Assembly (NCBI GenBank): GCA_964187785.1
Contig: OZ076411.1
Location: forward strand, 35,588,001-35,652,000
Reading direction: 5' to 3'
Length of the DNA: 64,000 bases
From: Amphiscolops sp. MND2022
Lineage: Eukaryota
Positions within the stretch are counted from its first letter, which is position 1. Each line of letters begins with the position of its first letter. The translations under genes were made by a program, and so were the position numbers. Positions 38,183-51,400 of the stretch are shown here, piece after piece. Below the pieces are notes generated by a model. It made no database searches and was not told the origin of the DNA. It saw only the letters and a program-made list of their open reading frames with translations.

Positions 38183-41100
38183 TCGCCGGCCCTGTTTTTC
38201 TCCCGAAAAACACTTTCGTAGAACATGGGTGCCAGTTTCACTACTGGTTTTTTAGTTTGCCATCTTTTGTCACAACAGTCGCAGATCTGACTCTGCCATC
38301 GCTTCCTTCTTGTACTTCCAACACTCTCGCCATTTTGTAGTTGGACCGCTTTACATTTTCATCCACGACCCAAACCAAATCATTCACTTTCAATTGTCTC
38401 ACATCATCTTTGCTCCACTTATTACGCAGATTCGATTCCAGCAGATATTTTTTAGTCCATCTGGTCCAGATCTTATTTGAATAAGCTTGCGACACTCGGA
38501 ATACTCGTCTCAAATCTTTGTAGCGTTGAGCGCCCGGTAGGAATGGTGTGGCTAAATTTGCTTATCCCAATAAGAAATGATTTGGTGTCAAAGCTTCCAA
38601 GTCATCTGGATCATCACTAACACATGTCAGTGGTCTAGCATTCAACGTCTGCTCTACTAGGCACATAGTTGTTATGAGAACGTCGTCTGTCGAGAATTGT
38701 CCATTCAATACAGTTATCATCGCTTTTTTACAACTTCGTGCCAATCGTTCCCAGATTCCTCCAAAATGAGGGGCTCCAGGAGGGTTGAATTTCCACTTGA
38801 TGTCATTTTAAGCTAATGACATCTCAATGTGTGACAGATTCCACGCATTTAGACAATCTCTCATTTCTTTGGCTGCACCCAAGAAGTTCGTCCCATTATC
38901 GCTCAAAATTGTAACAAGTTTGCCTCTCCGGGCAATAAACCGTGTGATAGCAGTTAAGCAGGTTTCTGCTTCCAAAGATGGAACAACTTTGCTATGTACT
39001 GCTCTAGTTGTCGAACAGGTGAAGCGACAGCACCATCTCTTCATAGTCTTACGCATGAACTTCACTTCGAAGGGACCAAAATAATCAACTCCAGTGTTGA
39101 AAAAGGGGGACACTCGTTCCTGTAATCTTTCTCGTGGTAAATCAGTCATTAATTGATGCTCCCGCTCGTTGCTTTCTATGTTTAACACATTTCGCTTTCA
39201 CGCTCCTCAGAGCGTTTCGCAATCCAATCTTCCAGTATTCTTGTCTTAGAACACTTTTGACGTATTCTGTGCCTTCATGAAAAGTCGCTTGATGTGCATC
39301 TTCAATCAGCTTGATGACAACATAATGCTTTGCTGACAACAAGGTTGGGTGTTTGATTTCATACCTGACTTTGAATGTTGCAGTCGACCTTGTAGTCGTA
39401 GCAACCCATTTTCGTCCAGAAACGGCAACAGTTCATTCAATTGATCTGAAGCCGACAACGGCTGCCCTTTGTAGATTTTCTCGTAGGCATCATGAAAACT
39501 TTCCTTCTGACAACGCTTCAAAACTGCCAGTTTTGCTGCATTGAGTTCTCCAACTGTCAGAATTCCTTCGGATTTCTTTTTCCTCCATCTAAGGCAGTAT
39601 GACAGCACTCGAATCATTTTCTTGAAAAACCCAAATCTTTCCCATTTGAATGCTGGTTCCATTACCGCAGCTTCCATGACTTAGGCCAGGCGTCTTCTGT
39701 CTCGGTGAGCCACGCCGGCCCTGTGAGCCACTCACTTTCGTTAGGGCTTCAACTGTCATTCCTCGAGTTCGAACGTCAGCAGGATTCAGTTTTCCTTCAA
39801 AAGGACGCCATTGATCGATAGTTGAATTATCGAGAACTTCAGCAACGCGGTTTGCCACAATGACCTGTTGTTTGTTGTTGCTTGCGTGAAGCCATTGTAG
39901 GACCGTTGTTGAATCTGTCCAATGTATAATTCGGTCTATTTCAAAATCATGTTCTCCCAAAATAAGCTCTCGCAGTCTTACTCCAAAAACTGCTGCCTGC
40001 ATCTCCAACTTAGCCACTGTCATGTTTCGTATTGGAGCTACTCTATATTTTCCCATCACAAGGCAACTTCGCCATTTTCTTGCCTTCTCAAATTAGCAAC
40101 CATGCACATTGCTTCCAACGAAGCGTCTGAGAAGATATGTAGATCTACTTTGTTCACACTTGACTCAAAGTATGTTCTTTTGAGGGCCAGTTGGTTCACA
40201 TGTATCATCTCTGATTCTCATTTCTTGAATTCATGTCGATTTTCTTCATTCAGTTCTTTATCTGTCCGTTCTCCTTCCATAGTGTTTTCAGTAGCAGTCG
40301 CATTCTTATGGTGAAAGGAGACACTATTTCCAGAGGGTCGAATACAGCTGAAACGCGGATTAACACCGCTCTCTGCGTTATCTACACCGGTATCTCCTTC
40401 TGCATGCCTCTGCAGACTTCCAGATTGTCTGCGTCAACGTTCCATTGCAGTACCAAGGTTGATGGAGAAGTCGGTTCAGCTTCAAAAGTTTTACTAGAGG
40501 ACGGTGACTTGTCTGCTTGGTCGATAGACGTCATAGTCTGTTCGCAGTTGCAAATCCATTTTGTTAAGTGAAAGCCTTCTCTTACCAACACCGCTCTCAA
40601 CAGTTTGTAGATTTCAATATCCTGCTCCGCGCTGGGAACAGACTTGACAAAGTCATCCATATAGAAGTTTAGCCCTATCAGTTTGGTAATTCGAGGGGAC
40701 ACCTGTGTGTTATCTCTTGCAACTGGTTGCAGGGCATAATTGGCGCATGTTGGCGAACTTTTAGCTCCGAAGATATGTCTTCCATACATCTACTTTTTAA
40801 GGGTTAATTTGTATTGTCTCTCCATAGAAATCTCAACACATTACAATCTTCCGGCGGTACTTTCACTTGTAGAAACATCGCTTCAATGTCAGCAGTGATG
40901 GCAACCTTTTGTTCTCTAAACCTGAAGATTATTCCAATCAGATTCTGCGGTAGGTCCGGCCCTGCCAAGAGGTTATTGTTCAAGGAAATTCCACGGAATT
41001 TGGAAGCTGCGTTGCACACTCGCTTCACTTTTCCTGGTTTGTTTGGATTTTCTACTGGGTGATGTGGAACATACCCTTGTCTTCCTAATTTAGTGGCTTC

Positions 41101-44100
41101 TAATTCTTCTTGCTTTAGGATTCTGACGAATCCCTTCTCAACATCTACTATAATAGTGTCTTGATAGAGTTTCTTCAACTCTGGTTTCTTTTCGAGTCTA
41201 TACTCTAACGACTTCATTTGGCTCAAGGCCGAAGAATAATTGTTTGGCAAAAAGTGGTCATTTTTTTCCAGAGAAGACCAACTTCATATCTTTTACTACC
41301 AAACTTTGTATTTTGTTCTAGCATCTGCAGCGCCTTCTCATCTTCCTTGGACCTTCCAGATACATCGCAGCGAGACGCATAGGATTCAATGTCCCACCAA
41401 GTTGTAATCTGTTCTGCCAGAGCATCATCTTCAGAAGCTGTTACGCAAGATGCAGTCATCTGCACAGCTTCATGCTGTGGAAGTAGTCCACAGAGGGTCC
41501 ATCCAAGTTTCGTTTTCACTGCCCACGGCTCACCATTTGTGTCGCTTTTATATTCTTCAGGCCGATGTATAGGGTAGCAGTTTTGTCACAAAATATTTTT
41601 CACATCTTTGAGCTTCAATGTTTTTTCGCTTAGTACCGACAAATGGTGGTAGGCATCTTTGAGATCCCGATAGTCGTATATCTTTGATCCGGCGTCTATG
41701 TTTGGGTGCGTGTAGACTGTCATGTAGTGTGTGTCGCTCCTTGCCTTGCCACGGATTCCCACGGTGAGTCGTTCACATTTCACTTCATTTGTCCCATGTA
41801 TTCCAGCCACACTCAGATCAATTTCTTTACCGTGAGCATTTAATTTGTCAGCTAATTCCTTGTCTATGAACGATAGGCTCGCTCCAGAGGCTCGCTCAGA
41901 GTCATACAGAGCCAAGGTTGATTCTTGCCTTTTGCCAACTTGAATGATGACAGGTATAAGTGGCAAAGTTCCACTGCTCTTCATTGAGCAAAATGCTGAA
42001 TTTGCCTCCGCTTTCCGTTGTGGGTCTTCCACTCCACTTTCTTTCGGCCGTTCGTTTGCCTCGCGATGTAGCAATCGATGATGCCGCCTGCTACATCCTT
42101 TGACTCCACACGCTTTGTAAGTGCCATTTTTCACCACATGTTTTCCAGGCAAGCAACAAAAGCAGAGTTTCAATTCTTTGAATTTTTCATATCGTGCTTG
42201 ACAGGTCATCTTCAGAAACGTATCGCATTTCCGCAAGCGATGTTTACCATTTTTCAATGGACAATCATGACCAGTCTTCTTGTCGACACTGTCGTTAGCA
42301 AAGGTTGAGAACGCAGAGTTCTTTGGCTTGTCTTTACTTGCCCATTTCGATTTGTCTGCGTTGGGATTGCCTGTCATGAGAACATCTTCATGCACTGCTG
42401 CTATCTCTTGCAACCGTGCGCTGAGCGCTTCCAGCCCCATGTAGTAGTTGGCAATTTGTCTCGTGTAAATCAACCTTTTTGTTTTCATGTTCAATGGCAG
42501 TTTTCTGGTCGCACTATTCAGGACACCTTCTGATTGCAAATCACCAACATAGTTCATCTGCGTTAGAACTTGTACACAACTTGAAATTATTCTTGAGTAT
42601 TTGACCAATGCTACAGAGTCGTACGCTTTCACTGGTGGAAAGGTGTAAATTCGTCTCAGTTGTGCGTTTACTACCACTTGTGGTCTCCCAAATTGCGCAA
42701 CCAATGTATTCTACGCAATATCATACATGTCTCCAGTGTAGCATAGTCCAACTATTACTTCTTTTGCCTTTCCAGTCACCAGCGTTTTGAGGTGATTCAT
42801 CTTCAAACTGGTGTCAATGTTCGCAGCATGTACAGTCGAGAGGAACAACCCCGACAACTTAGCCCATTCCAATGGGTCACCTGAAACTTCTGCTAACTTC
42901 CATTTCGGCAGACTGGTTGGTAGACTCATGTTTTCCATTATTGTGGGTCCGAAAGGACTATGTGGGGGTGCAGTGAGGCTAACGGCGGTACCGTATCATT
43001 TCTCGTCTTGTTGTTCGGTGTTGTTTGATTTGGAGGTATTATGGTTCCAAACTGAACATGTTGTGGTGCAGCCTTCTTCAGCGTTACCGGAGCCACCTTC
43101 GGGACAAAGAGACTACTCGAGTTGCCCACGTTTGCTACTGTTGGCTGTGCCATCTTGGCAGCTGGTTGGAACGATTTCGGTTTATGCGGCAATACACCGG
43201 ATTGTCGTTGAATAGGTTCGCTGGCTAGTGCGATTCTGGGCTCCTCATTCCCATTGTTCGTTAGCTTGTTGTCAACTTCGATTCGATCTAGCCAAGAAGG
43301 TACCTTTTCAAACGGATCACTTTAGAGCGGTTTTGGGGAAACGCTTCGCAAACTTGTACTTGCTCGGCTACTTCCCGCTCGGGCTATTTCCATTTCCTTT
43401 TCAGAGATTCGTTTAGCCCTCTCCATTTCTTTTTCGAGTTTAGCGATCTCTTCTGTGAGTTTATCCATTTCGTCGTGTTTCTTTCGGATCTCAGCTTGAC
43501 GTTTCTTTGCAGTTAGTTGTTCGTCGATTTCTTTTTGTTTCTTCATTGCTTCCAGTTCTAGGAACATCACCCGCTTTGTAGTAGTTGACTTTGAACTAAC
43601 TGATGTTCTGATGCCCATTGAATGTGCCTTGCTTGCACATTGATCTCATCGATGCAACTCACTGTAGATTGAAGTATCTCCACTGTGTTTCAACAACTCA
43701 TCCATCTCGGCCACAATTTCATCTCTCCTTTTGAGGGTTTCTTCGTTTGTTTCTACCAATGTTTTGTAATCCTCTGAGTTGCAAAGTGTATCACGATTTT
43801 TATTGATTTCATCTTCGTTTGTTTGAAGCATTTCATCACATTTTTCCTTGCAGTTTTGAAGTTGTTGGAACGCCTTCAACTGTCCTTCAATCTTTAGGCT
43901 CCGCATCATTGTGAGCATCTGACCAAAGTTTTTTGTCGTGTTTCCAAGGAATCTAATTCAATTCGATAACTGCAGAATCGGTCGCCTTTATTATCCGACA
44001 ATTCTGGCTGATACTTAGCTTTCAAGAGTGCTGTGTTCGCCCCGACGAGTCTTTTCTATCTAAGCAGTAGGTCTTGTCGGTTCGGTAGAAGGTCTGCGAG

Positions 44101-44260
44101 CTTTTCTTTCGTTACGTCTGCTTTGCGCATGCATTTCATCCATTTTTGTCTCAAAGTTTTGAATTGCTCTCACGTTGCTCTCCCATTGTGGCTCGTCCAT
44201 AGAACTCTTCAAATAGTTTTCAATTCTCTTGTAATCATTTTTCTTTAGATCAGCCATTTT
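38183..44260 (-). pseudogene. pol: B2 gag-pol (decayed); longest open piece is 41586..42704 (372 aa, gag/protease)
   Basis: Same motifs as B1, plus RNase H KCRVAP-like / KLEMQAA, WTDSTTVLQW and integrase [16 protein letters not shown] and EALTPNHFLLG. Confidence 0.92.
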
Positions 44261-44696
44261 TGAAGTGGCCCAAAACCCCAGAGTACACTAACTAACCAAA
44301 GGAGTCCAAATTCTGCAGCGAAAACAATTCCCAACAAGCCGATAAAGAAGCCCAACAACCCCAGAGTACACAGTAGCCAAAACTCCCAGAGTACACTGTA
44401 ACTCAAAATTTCCAGTATTACCACTTCGAACACAATCATTCAGCGTCTGCAGAAGTAGCCCAAACTCCCAGAGTACACTAAACACAGAGGAGAGCCCAGA
44501 TGTGACCACTTTGCAGCACACACAGTTTTGTATAGGTTACCTCCCGTCGTCGTTCACTGTACACGTTCACTTGTTCGCACGATGCTATTCTGGCTGTGTA
44601 GCAATCAGACGATCATCCAGTTGTCCGCCCAATTGATGATGTCAGCCCAATTGATTATGTCCGCCCAATTATTGATGTCCGGGTCGGCGGACCATA

Positions 44697-45537
44697 TGTA
44701 ACGACTGCTTGATCCCTTCACTTGACCAAACTTTACGCCACCCTGAATTCGGCGCTCGGCCCTGCGGATCGTTACCGAACACTGCTTGCTTCTTAGATTA
44801 AAAGGACTGTATATTGACTTTGTAGGATCCAATGATCCCGAAATGCACTTTTTCTTTGTCACTTAGTAACTTAGTCGCCCTTAGTCTTTGACGAAAAGTC
44901 GAAAAGAGGTGAAGAAATGAATTGAGAATTGAAATGGTCCTAAGACCCAACTTGACTACAGCTATTCAGTCGTTAAAATCCCTATCTAAAAATGGTATAC
45001 ATATCGTTTACAGTTCTACAGTAAATATAAGCAAATATAAGTAAGTATAAAGAAATGACATTTAAAGCATAAAATGAAGTTATTGGCTAAGTAAACAAAG
45101 AATGTGGTGGTTTTGGCATGTTGGTCAGGTGGGTTAGAAAGTATGTTTACACAATGTAACTATCACCAATTTCAACAGAGTTATCTTTCCTTCAAGGTCA
45201 AAAGGTAAAATCACATAATAATTTGTATATCAAAATTGGGTTTTCATGGGTCCGACCCAAGTCTTTTTGGGTGTTAATTGCTCTGAACGCAAGATAGATA
45301 CGGGCTTAGGTTTTGTGTAGCACCACTACTAAATGTGTGCCAAGTTTCGAGGTTGTTGAATGAGAGGTTCACCCGAACGGGGAGGGGAGTGGCCCAATTT
45401 TACACGAGGCCATTTTTGCTAAAAATTGTAATTTTCAGACTAGAATCTTGATAAAGTTTCGAAAGCTTTTGAGTTATAAGTTTCATCAGTCACGTTCGAA
45501 TTTGAGTTTCTCGTCTTGCAGTTGACTGGCGCCAACA
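44697..45537 (-). repeat. B2 5' LTR (LTR D)
   Basis: On the minus strand it reads TGTTGGCGCCAGTC...GCAGTCGTTACA and is followed by the PBS. Confidence 0.95.
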
Positions 45538-45542
45538 ATATC

Positions 45543-47536
45543 TTTTCAGACGCTTCGTTGGAAGCAATGAGTATGGTTGCTTGTTTGAGAAAGCAAGAAA
45601 ATGGCGAAGTGGCTTTTGTGATCGGAAAATGTAGAGTAGCTCCAATACGAAACATGACAGTGGCTAAGTTGGAGATGCAGGCAGCAGTTTTTGGAGTAAG
45701 ACTACGAGAGCTTATTTTGGGAGAACATGATTTTGAAGTAGACCGAATTATACATTGGACAGATTCAACAACGGTCCTACAATGGCTTCACGCAAGCAAC
45801 AACAAACAACAGGTCATTGTGGCAAACCGCGTTGCTGAAGTTCTCGATAATTCAACTATCGAGCAATGGCGTCCTTTTGAAGGAAAACTGAATCCTGCTG
45901 ACGTTCGAAATCGAGGAATGACAGTTGAAGCCCTAAAGGAAAGTGAGTGGCTCACAGGGCCGGCGTGGCTCACCGAGACGGAAGACGCCTGGCCTAAGGC
46001 GCCTGAAAAAATACCATTTAGCTTCCGAGAAGAGCCTGAACCAGTCATGGAAGCTGCGGTAATGGAACCCGCATTCAAATGGGAAAGATTTGGGTCTTTG
46101 AAGAAAATGATTCGAGTGCTGTCATACTGCCTTAGATGGAGGAAAAAGAAATCCTAAAGAATTCAGGCAGTTGAAGAACTCAATGCGGCGAAACTGGCAA
46201 TTTTGAAGCGTTGTCAGCAGGAAAGTTTTCATGATGCCTACGAGAAGATCTCCAAAGGGCAGCCGTTGTCGGCTTCAGATCAGTTGAATAAATTTTTGCC
46301 GTTTCTGGACAAAAATGGGTTGCTACGACTAAAGGTCGCCTGAAACATTCAAAGTCAAGTTATGAAATCAAACACCCAGTCTTGTTGTCACCAAAGCATT
46401 ACGTTGTCATCAAGTTGATTGAATATGCCCATCAAGCTATTTTTCATGAAGGCACAGAATACGTCAGAAATGTTTTAAGGCAAGAATACTGGATTATTGG
46501 ATTGCCTAACGTTCTGAGAAGCGTCAAAACGAAATGTGTTAAATGTAGAAAGCAACGAGCATGAGTGTCTCAACCATTCATGGCTGATTTACCACGAGAA
46601 AAATGCAGGAACGAGTGTTTCCCTTCACCAACACTGGAGTTGATTATTTTGGTCCGTTTGAAGTGAAGTTCCTGCGCAAGACTATGAAGAGATGGTGCTG
46701 TCTCTTCACCTGTTTGACGACTAGAGCAGTACACATCGAAGTTGTTCCATCTTTGGAAGCAGAAACCTGCTTAACTGCTATCACACGCTTTATTGCCCGG
46801 AGAGGCTACAATTCTGACAGATAATGGAACGAACTTCGTGGGTGCAGCCAAAGAAATGAGAGATTGTATAAATGCATGGAATCAGTCAGACATTGAGACG
46901 TCGCTAGCTCAAAAGGACATAAAGTGGAACTTCAACCCTCCAGGAGCCCCTCATTTTGATAGGAATCTGGGAACGATTGGTTCGAAATTGTAAAAAAGCG
47001 ATGATAGCTGTATTGGATGGACGATCCTTGACAGACGATGTTCTCATAACAACTATGTGTTTAGTAGAGAGGACGTTGAACGCTAGACCACTGACTAGTG
47101 TTAGTGATGATCCAGACGACTTCGAAGATTTGACACTAAATCATTTATTGGGAAGGGCAATTTTAGCGACCCCTTTCCTACCAGATTCTCAACGCTACAC
47201 GGACTTGGGACGGGTATTCAGAGTATCACAAGCTTATTCAGATATGATCTCGATCAGATGGGCTAAAGAAAATTTGCCGGAGTGGAACGTGCGTAACAAA
47301 TGGAACGAAGATGATGTGAGACAACTGAAAGTGAATGATTTGGTTTGTGTCGTGGATGCAAATGTGAAGCGGTCCAACTACAAGATAGTGAGAGTATTGG
47401 AAGTACACGAAGGAAGCGTTGGCAGAGTCAGATCTAAGACTGTTGTGACAAAAGATTTCAAACTCAAAAGACCAGTAGTGAAACTGGCACCCATAATCTA
47501 CGAAAGTGTTTTTCGGGAGAAAAACAGGGCCTGCAA
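45543..47536 (+). pseudogene. pol: B1 RNase H-integrase (right part)
   Basis: Resumes at IFSDASLEA after the TSD, then [41 protein letters not shown] and RPVVKLAP. Confidence 0.93.
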
Positions 47537-48422
47537 TGTTGGCGCCAGTCAATTGCAAGATCAGAAACTCAAGTTCGAGCGTGACTGATGATACTTATAA
47601 CTCAAAACGCTCAGAAAATTTGTCAAGATTTTAGTTGGAAAATTTACAAGTTTCACCAGAAATAGGGCATACCCAAAAAAACACCACCCCCCCGTTTTTG
47701 AGAAACACTGGCTCAGTGACACTGAAACTTAGCATGTATATACAAGAGGTGCTAACTCAACTTTTGACTAGTAACACCCGACCCAGTATCTATCCTGAGT
47801 TCAGGGCAATTAACACCCAAAATGACCTAGGTCGGACCCCATGAAAACCCTATTTTGATATAGAAATTATTATGTGATTTTACCTTAAGAACTTGAAGAA
47901 AATTTGACTTTGTTGAAATTGGTGATATTTATATTGTGTAAACATACTTTCTAACCCACCTAATGAGCATGCCAAAACCACCACCTAGTTTGTATACATA
48001 GCTAATAACTTCATTTTATGCTTTAAATGTCATTTATATATACCTCATATTTCAACTCATTATTACCGAATAATTGTAAACGAAATGTACACCTTTACTA
48101 GATAGGCACATTTTGATTGGAAAGCTGTATTAAAGTCGGGTCTCAGGACCACACATATTCTCAATTAATTTCTTCACCTCTTTTCGACTTTTCGCCAAAG
48201 ACTAAGGGCGACTAGGTTAGTTACTCTCAACTTGTGGACAGTTGGACGCGTTAAGAGACAAGGAAGAAGTGCAATTCGGGATCATTGGATCCTACTAAGT
48301 CAAGATACAGTCTCTTTTTATTCTAAGAGGCAAGCAGTGTTCGGTAACGATCCGCTGTGCCGAGCATTGAATTCAGGGCGGCGTAAAGTTTGGTCAATTG
48401 AAGGGATCAAGCAGCCGTAACA
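47537..48422 (+). repeat. B1 3' LTR (LTR E)
   Basis: Preceded by PPT GGGAGAAAAACAGGG (47515-47529). It reads TGTTGGCGCC...CCGTAACA, with ~92-93% identity to LTR A by eye. Confidence 0.95.
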
Positions 48423-51400
48423 GTTAGTAAGAAATGAAGAGGGCTTCCGAAGTTACTCGAAGGAATTTCATCGATGAAGCCTTCAGTAATTCTGCTTTAT
48501 TCTGCTCATCGAATGCGAAAGTAATCCAGTCGTAGGAACTAGAAAAAGTAAGTAGCCTTCGTGTGCCATAAAATAAGAGTTTTTTCAAGTAAATTGACAT
48601 AATCGCGTTTCCAGTTAGATGAGGGGGTTACTACGTAGGTTGTATTTTCCTTTTCGGGAAGAACTAGCTTCCGGGTTTGGGTTGGGTTCTGGGTAATGAC
48701 TTTCTTCCATGTGGTTCTATTCAGTTGGTATGTCCGGAACTATGTCCTCTATGTGTTTTCTGATCTAACGACGTTATCGTGCTTGATGATTGTGAGCTCA
48801 TCATTCGGGTGGCTAATATTAGGCATAACAACGTGTTCTAATCCTGATTGCCATGCAAGGGTTTAAAGGTTGTCGTGGAGGATTACAATCTCGTTATCGG
48901 GTTGGAAATCTTTCGCTTGGACTTGGGTGTCGAGTACGCGGTCCTTGGTGAGCAAGAGTCCAGGCGTATCCTGTGGAGAAGTTGAGTTCTGTTCGTTTGT
49001 AATTTGCGTATCAGATTTATGTTGTTCGGGAGGGTTTTCACGACTACGTAACGTCCCGTCCACTAATACACTCGGAATGGTAGCTTTGACCCTTGGTCAT
49101 TTGTTTGTGGATGTAAGGCGTAGCAGTAATCGTTGGTTTCCAAAGGGTGACCTGAAGCTTTCCTATCGTAGTATTGCTTCTACTGTATATACGAGTGTAC
49201 AAGGTGCTTGCTCACTGATTCGTTGATCAGTTGATTTTCCGGAGAACTTCTTCCCCAGCGTTTGCTGTTGGTGTCTTGGGGAGATACAGTTTAAGCTAAA
49301 CTTCCAGTCAAAGATCTTGTAGGGTCTTCTGCCGTGGAACACCCTACTGGGCTGGCAGCCCAGTTCTGAGTGCTATGTGGTGTTATAATTGAGCGTTGGG
49401 ATGGGCACAAATTGGTACCACATAATTCTCCGCTCCCCTGTGGAGATATTGAGGGCTTCTTTCAATGAGGCATGGCAACGCTCCTAGATGCCCATGGGGT
49501 GTGCAAGTTTGGTCGTGGCGTGTCTCAATTGGATGCCCAGGACGTGAGTTGTGTCAGCCATTACTTCGGGCATAATTTGGGTTCCTTTGTCCGTGATGAT
49601 AATTGTTGGAGATACGCGTGCTGTGTCATGTAGTTTATTAGTGCTACAGTCCTTGCGTCAATTTAGGTAACGCAGTTTGTGAATAAGTACAGTGAGAAGA
49701 CGTCCATGGCGGTGACAATGGCCGCGTAGCCGTTTGATGGGTCGTCGAATGGGACAATGTCCATCTGTAAGGCAACTTCTGGTCCCATTGTGAGTTTGGA
49801 CGTAATATTCGTTGGTGGGTGAGTAGTCTGTTGTCCGTTCGCTTAGTTTGCACGTATTTCATGCAGTGACTGATGTGCCGGGTGATCCTCGCTGCTAGTC
49901 CTGGGAAGTAATACTTTTCTCGGCATTGTTGCATTACTTTTTTGATCCCGGGATGTTTGTCGTTCATTCCATGATGAGTATTGATAAAAGAGTATACAAG
50001 CTGTTCGGACAGGAGCATCTGTAAGTATCTGATTTTCTCTGTCTCCCCGAAATATTGTCGGTATAACAGCCCGTCTTTAAGAATAATTCGGGATCCTTGG
50101 GTCGTGTAGTGCAGTGCTCTCTTGTCAGTTGCCATGAGTTGTTCACGGTAGGTTCCTTCAGGAGGCGCAGCTTGTATTTTCGTAAGATTGTGTCTTGATC
50201 TTGTTGGTGTCTCATCTCGGTCGGTGGGCCATTTTCGGGAGTGGCGTATCGTTTGTGTTTGACGATAAGAAAGCCATTGTCAGGTGTGGTGTCCTCTGAA
50301 ATTACAGTGTCTGTTGGCGTTTCTTGGGTGTCGGTTCCTAATAGTTTCTATCGGGCTCGCTGCTTTCGTTCCCAGATCTGTTCCTCAGTTTCAATGTCGT
50401 CTTCGGGGAGGATATGGAACAGTTCCCCTTCAGTGACATCAGATGACTGTAGGTGTACCTCAATCGGTGATGTTTGAATGTCATCTCGTATTAGGAGTTC
50501 GATCTTTTCCTTGGGGTCGAGGTCAAGACGCTAGAGGAAGTCCGCTGTACTTTTCATCCTGCCTGGGACATGGACGATGGAGAAATTGAACTTCAATACA
50601 AAGTCGCATGCGTTTAGTAGAACTGAAGATATTATTTTTGTTCGTAAGAATCTTGTCACCGACTTGTTGTCGGTCAGGACAATGACTGGTTCATTCGATC
50701 CCCACAGGATGTGGATGTACTCGATGAAGGCAGAATATTTTGTCAGGAACTCCTTTGCGTATATGGACCTTTTGATTTGGGGTGATGAGAAGGTTTTGAA
50801 CCCAGAAAGCAACTGATGCGTATGTCTTTTTAATTGATGTGATTTTCTCTTCGACTTTTCCCTCAATCATTTGGGTGTAGCCGTCTTTTTTGAAGTTTGC
50901 GTCAGTCATTAGTCTATATTACCTATTAGGTTTGTTTTGACCATTGGGTTTGTTTTAACCATAGGCCACAGGCGTTCTCTAGTGATTTGGTAATGTTCTT
51001 GAAGTTGTCCAGGATTTAGTTCGTGACTATGATCGGCTTCTCTGGTTTCACTATACCTTTTCATGTCGATTTCGCCAAAAGGAAAACGAGAAGCATATTC
51101 GAGTCAATGAATTTCAATTTCGCTTTCGTGGAAGAAGTTTTTGCCAATTTGAAATTGAAATTGGCCGAAAAAATGACTTTCGCCAAATTAGAAACAGAAA
51201 ATTCAAAAACAAGAACAGAGATTATCAAGGACCTCAGAAATCAAAACTCCACCAGATTTTCGCCCAATTTAATTTTCCCGTAATAGTGGTCGACATAATA
51301 AGCTAATCAATTTTTTGTGAGAAATTGAGTTTCGCTACGGCGGAAATGATGTTCGGTCATGCAAAATTGATTCTCTTTTTGGCAAAGTTGAGTTGCACGT

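Larger units (their letters stand above)
37327..45537 (-). mobile_element. Bel/Pao LTR retrotransposon B2 (same family as B1), inserted in inverted orientation into B1
   Basis: Two LTRs, a 5-bp TSD ATATC (37322-37326 and 45538-45542), PBS TGGTCCGCCGACCC at 44681-44694 (minus strand), a PPT GGGAGAAAAACAGGG next to the 3' LTR, and a complete gag-pol domain order on the minus strand. Confidence 0.96.
31686..48422 (+). mobile_element. Bel/Pao LTR retrotransposon B1 (full-length, decayed), interrupted by B2
   Basis: Carries TG...CA LTRs at both ends, a 5-bp TSD GTTAG (31681-31685 and 48423-48427), a PBS, and gag-PR-RT-RH-IN order with a PPT before the 3' LTR. Confidence 0.95.

Noticed and set aside
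31686-45537. Inversion by A-D or A-C LTR crossover as the cause of the LTR variant pattern
   Set aside because: The internal segments and both TSDs remain in their original orientation, which a single crossover would not preserve.
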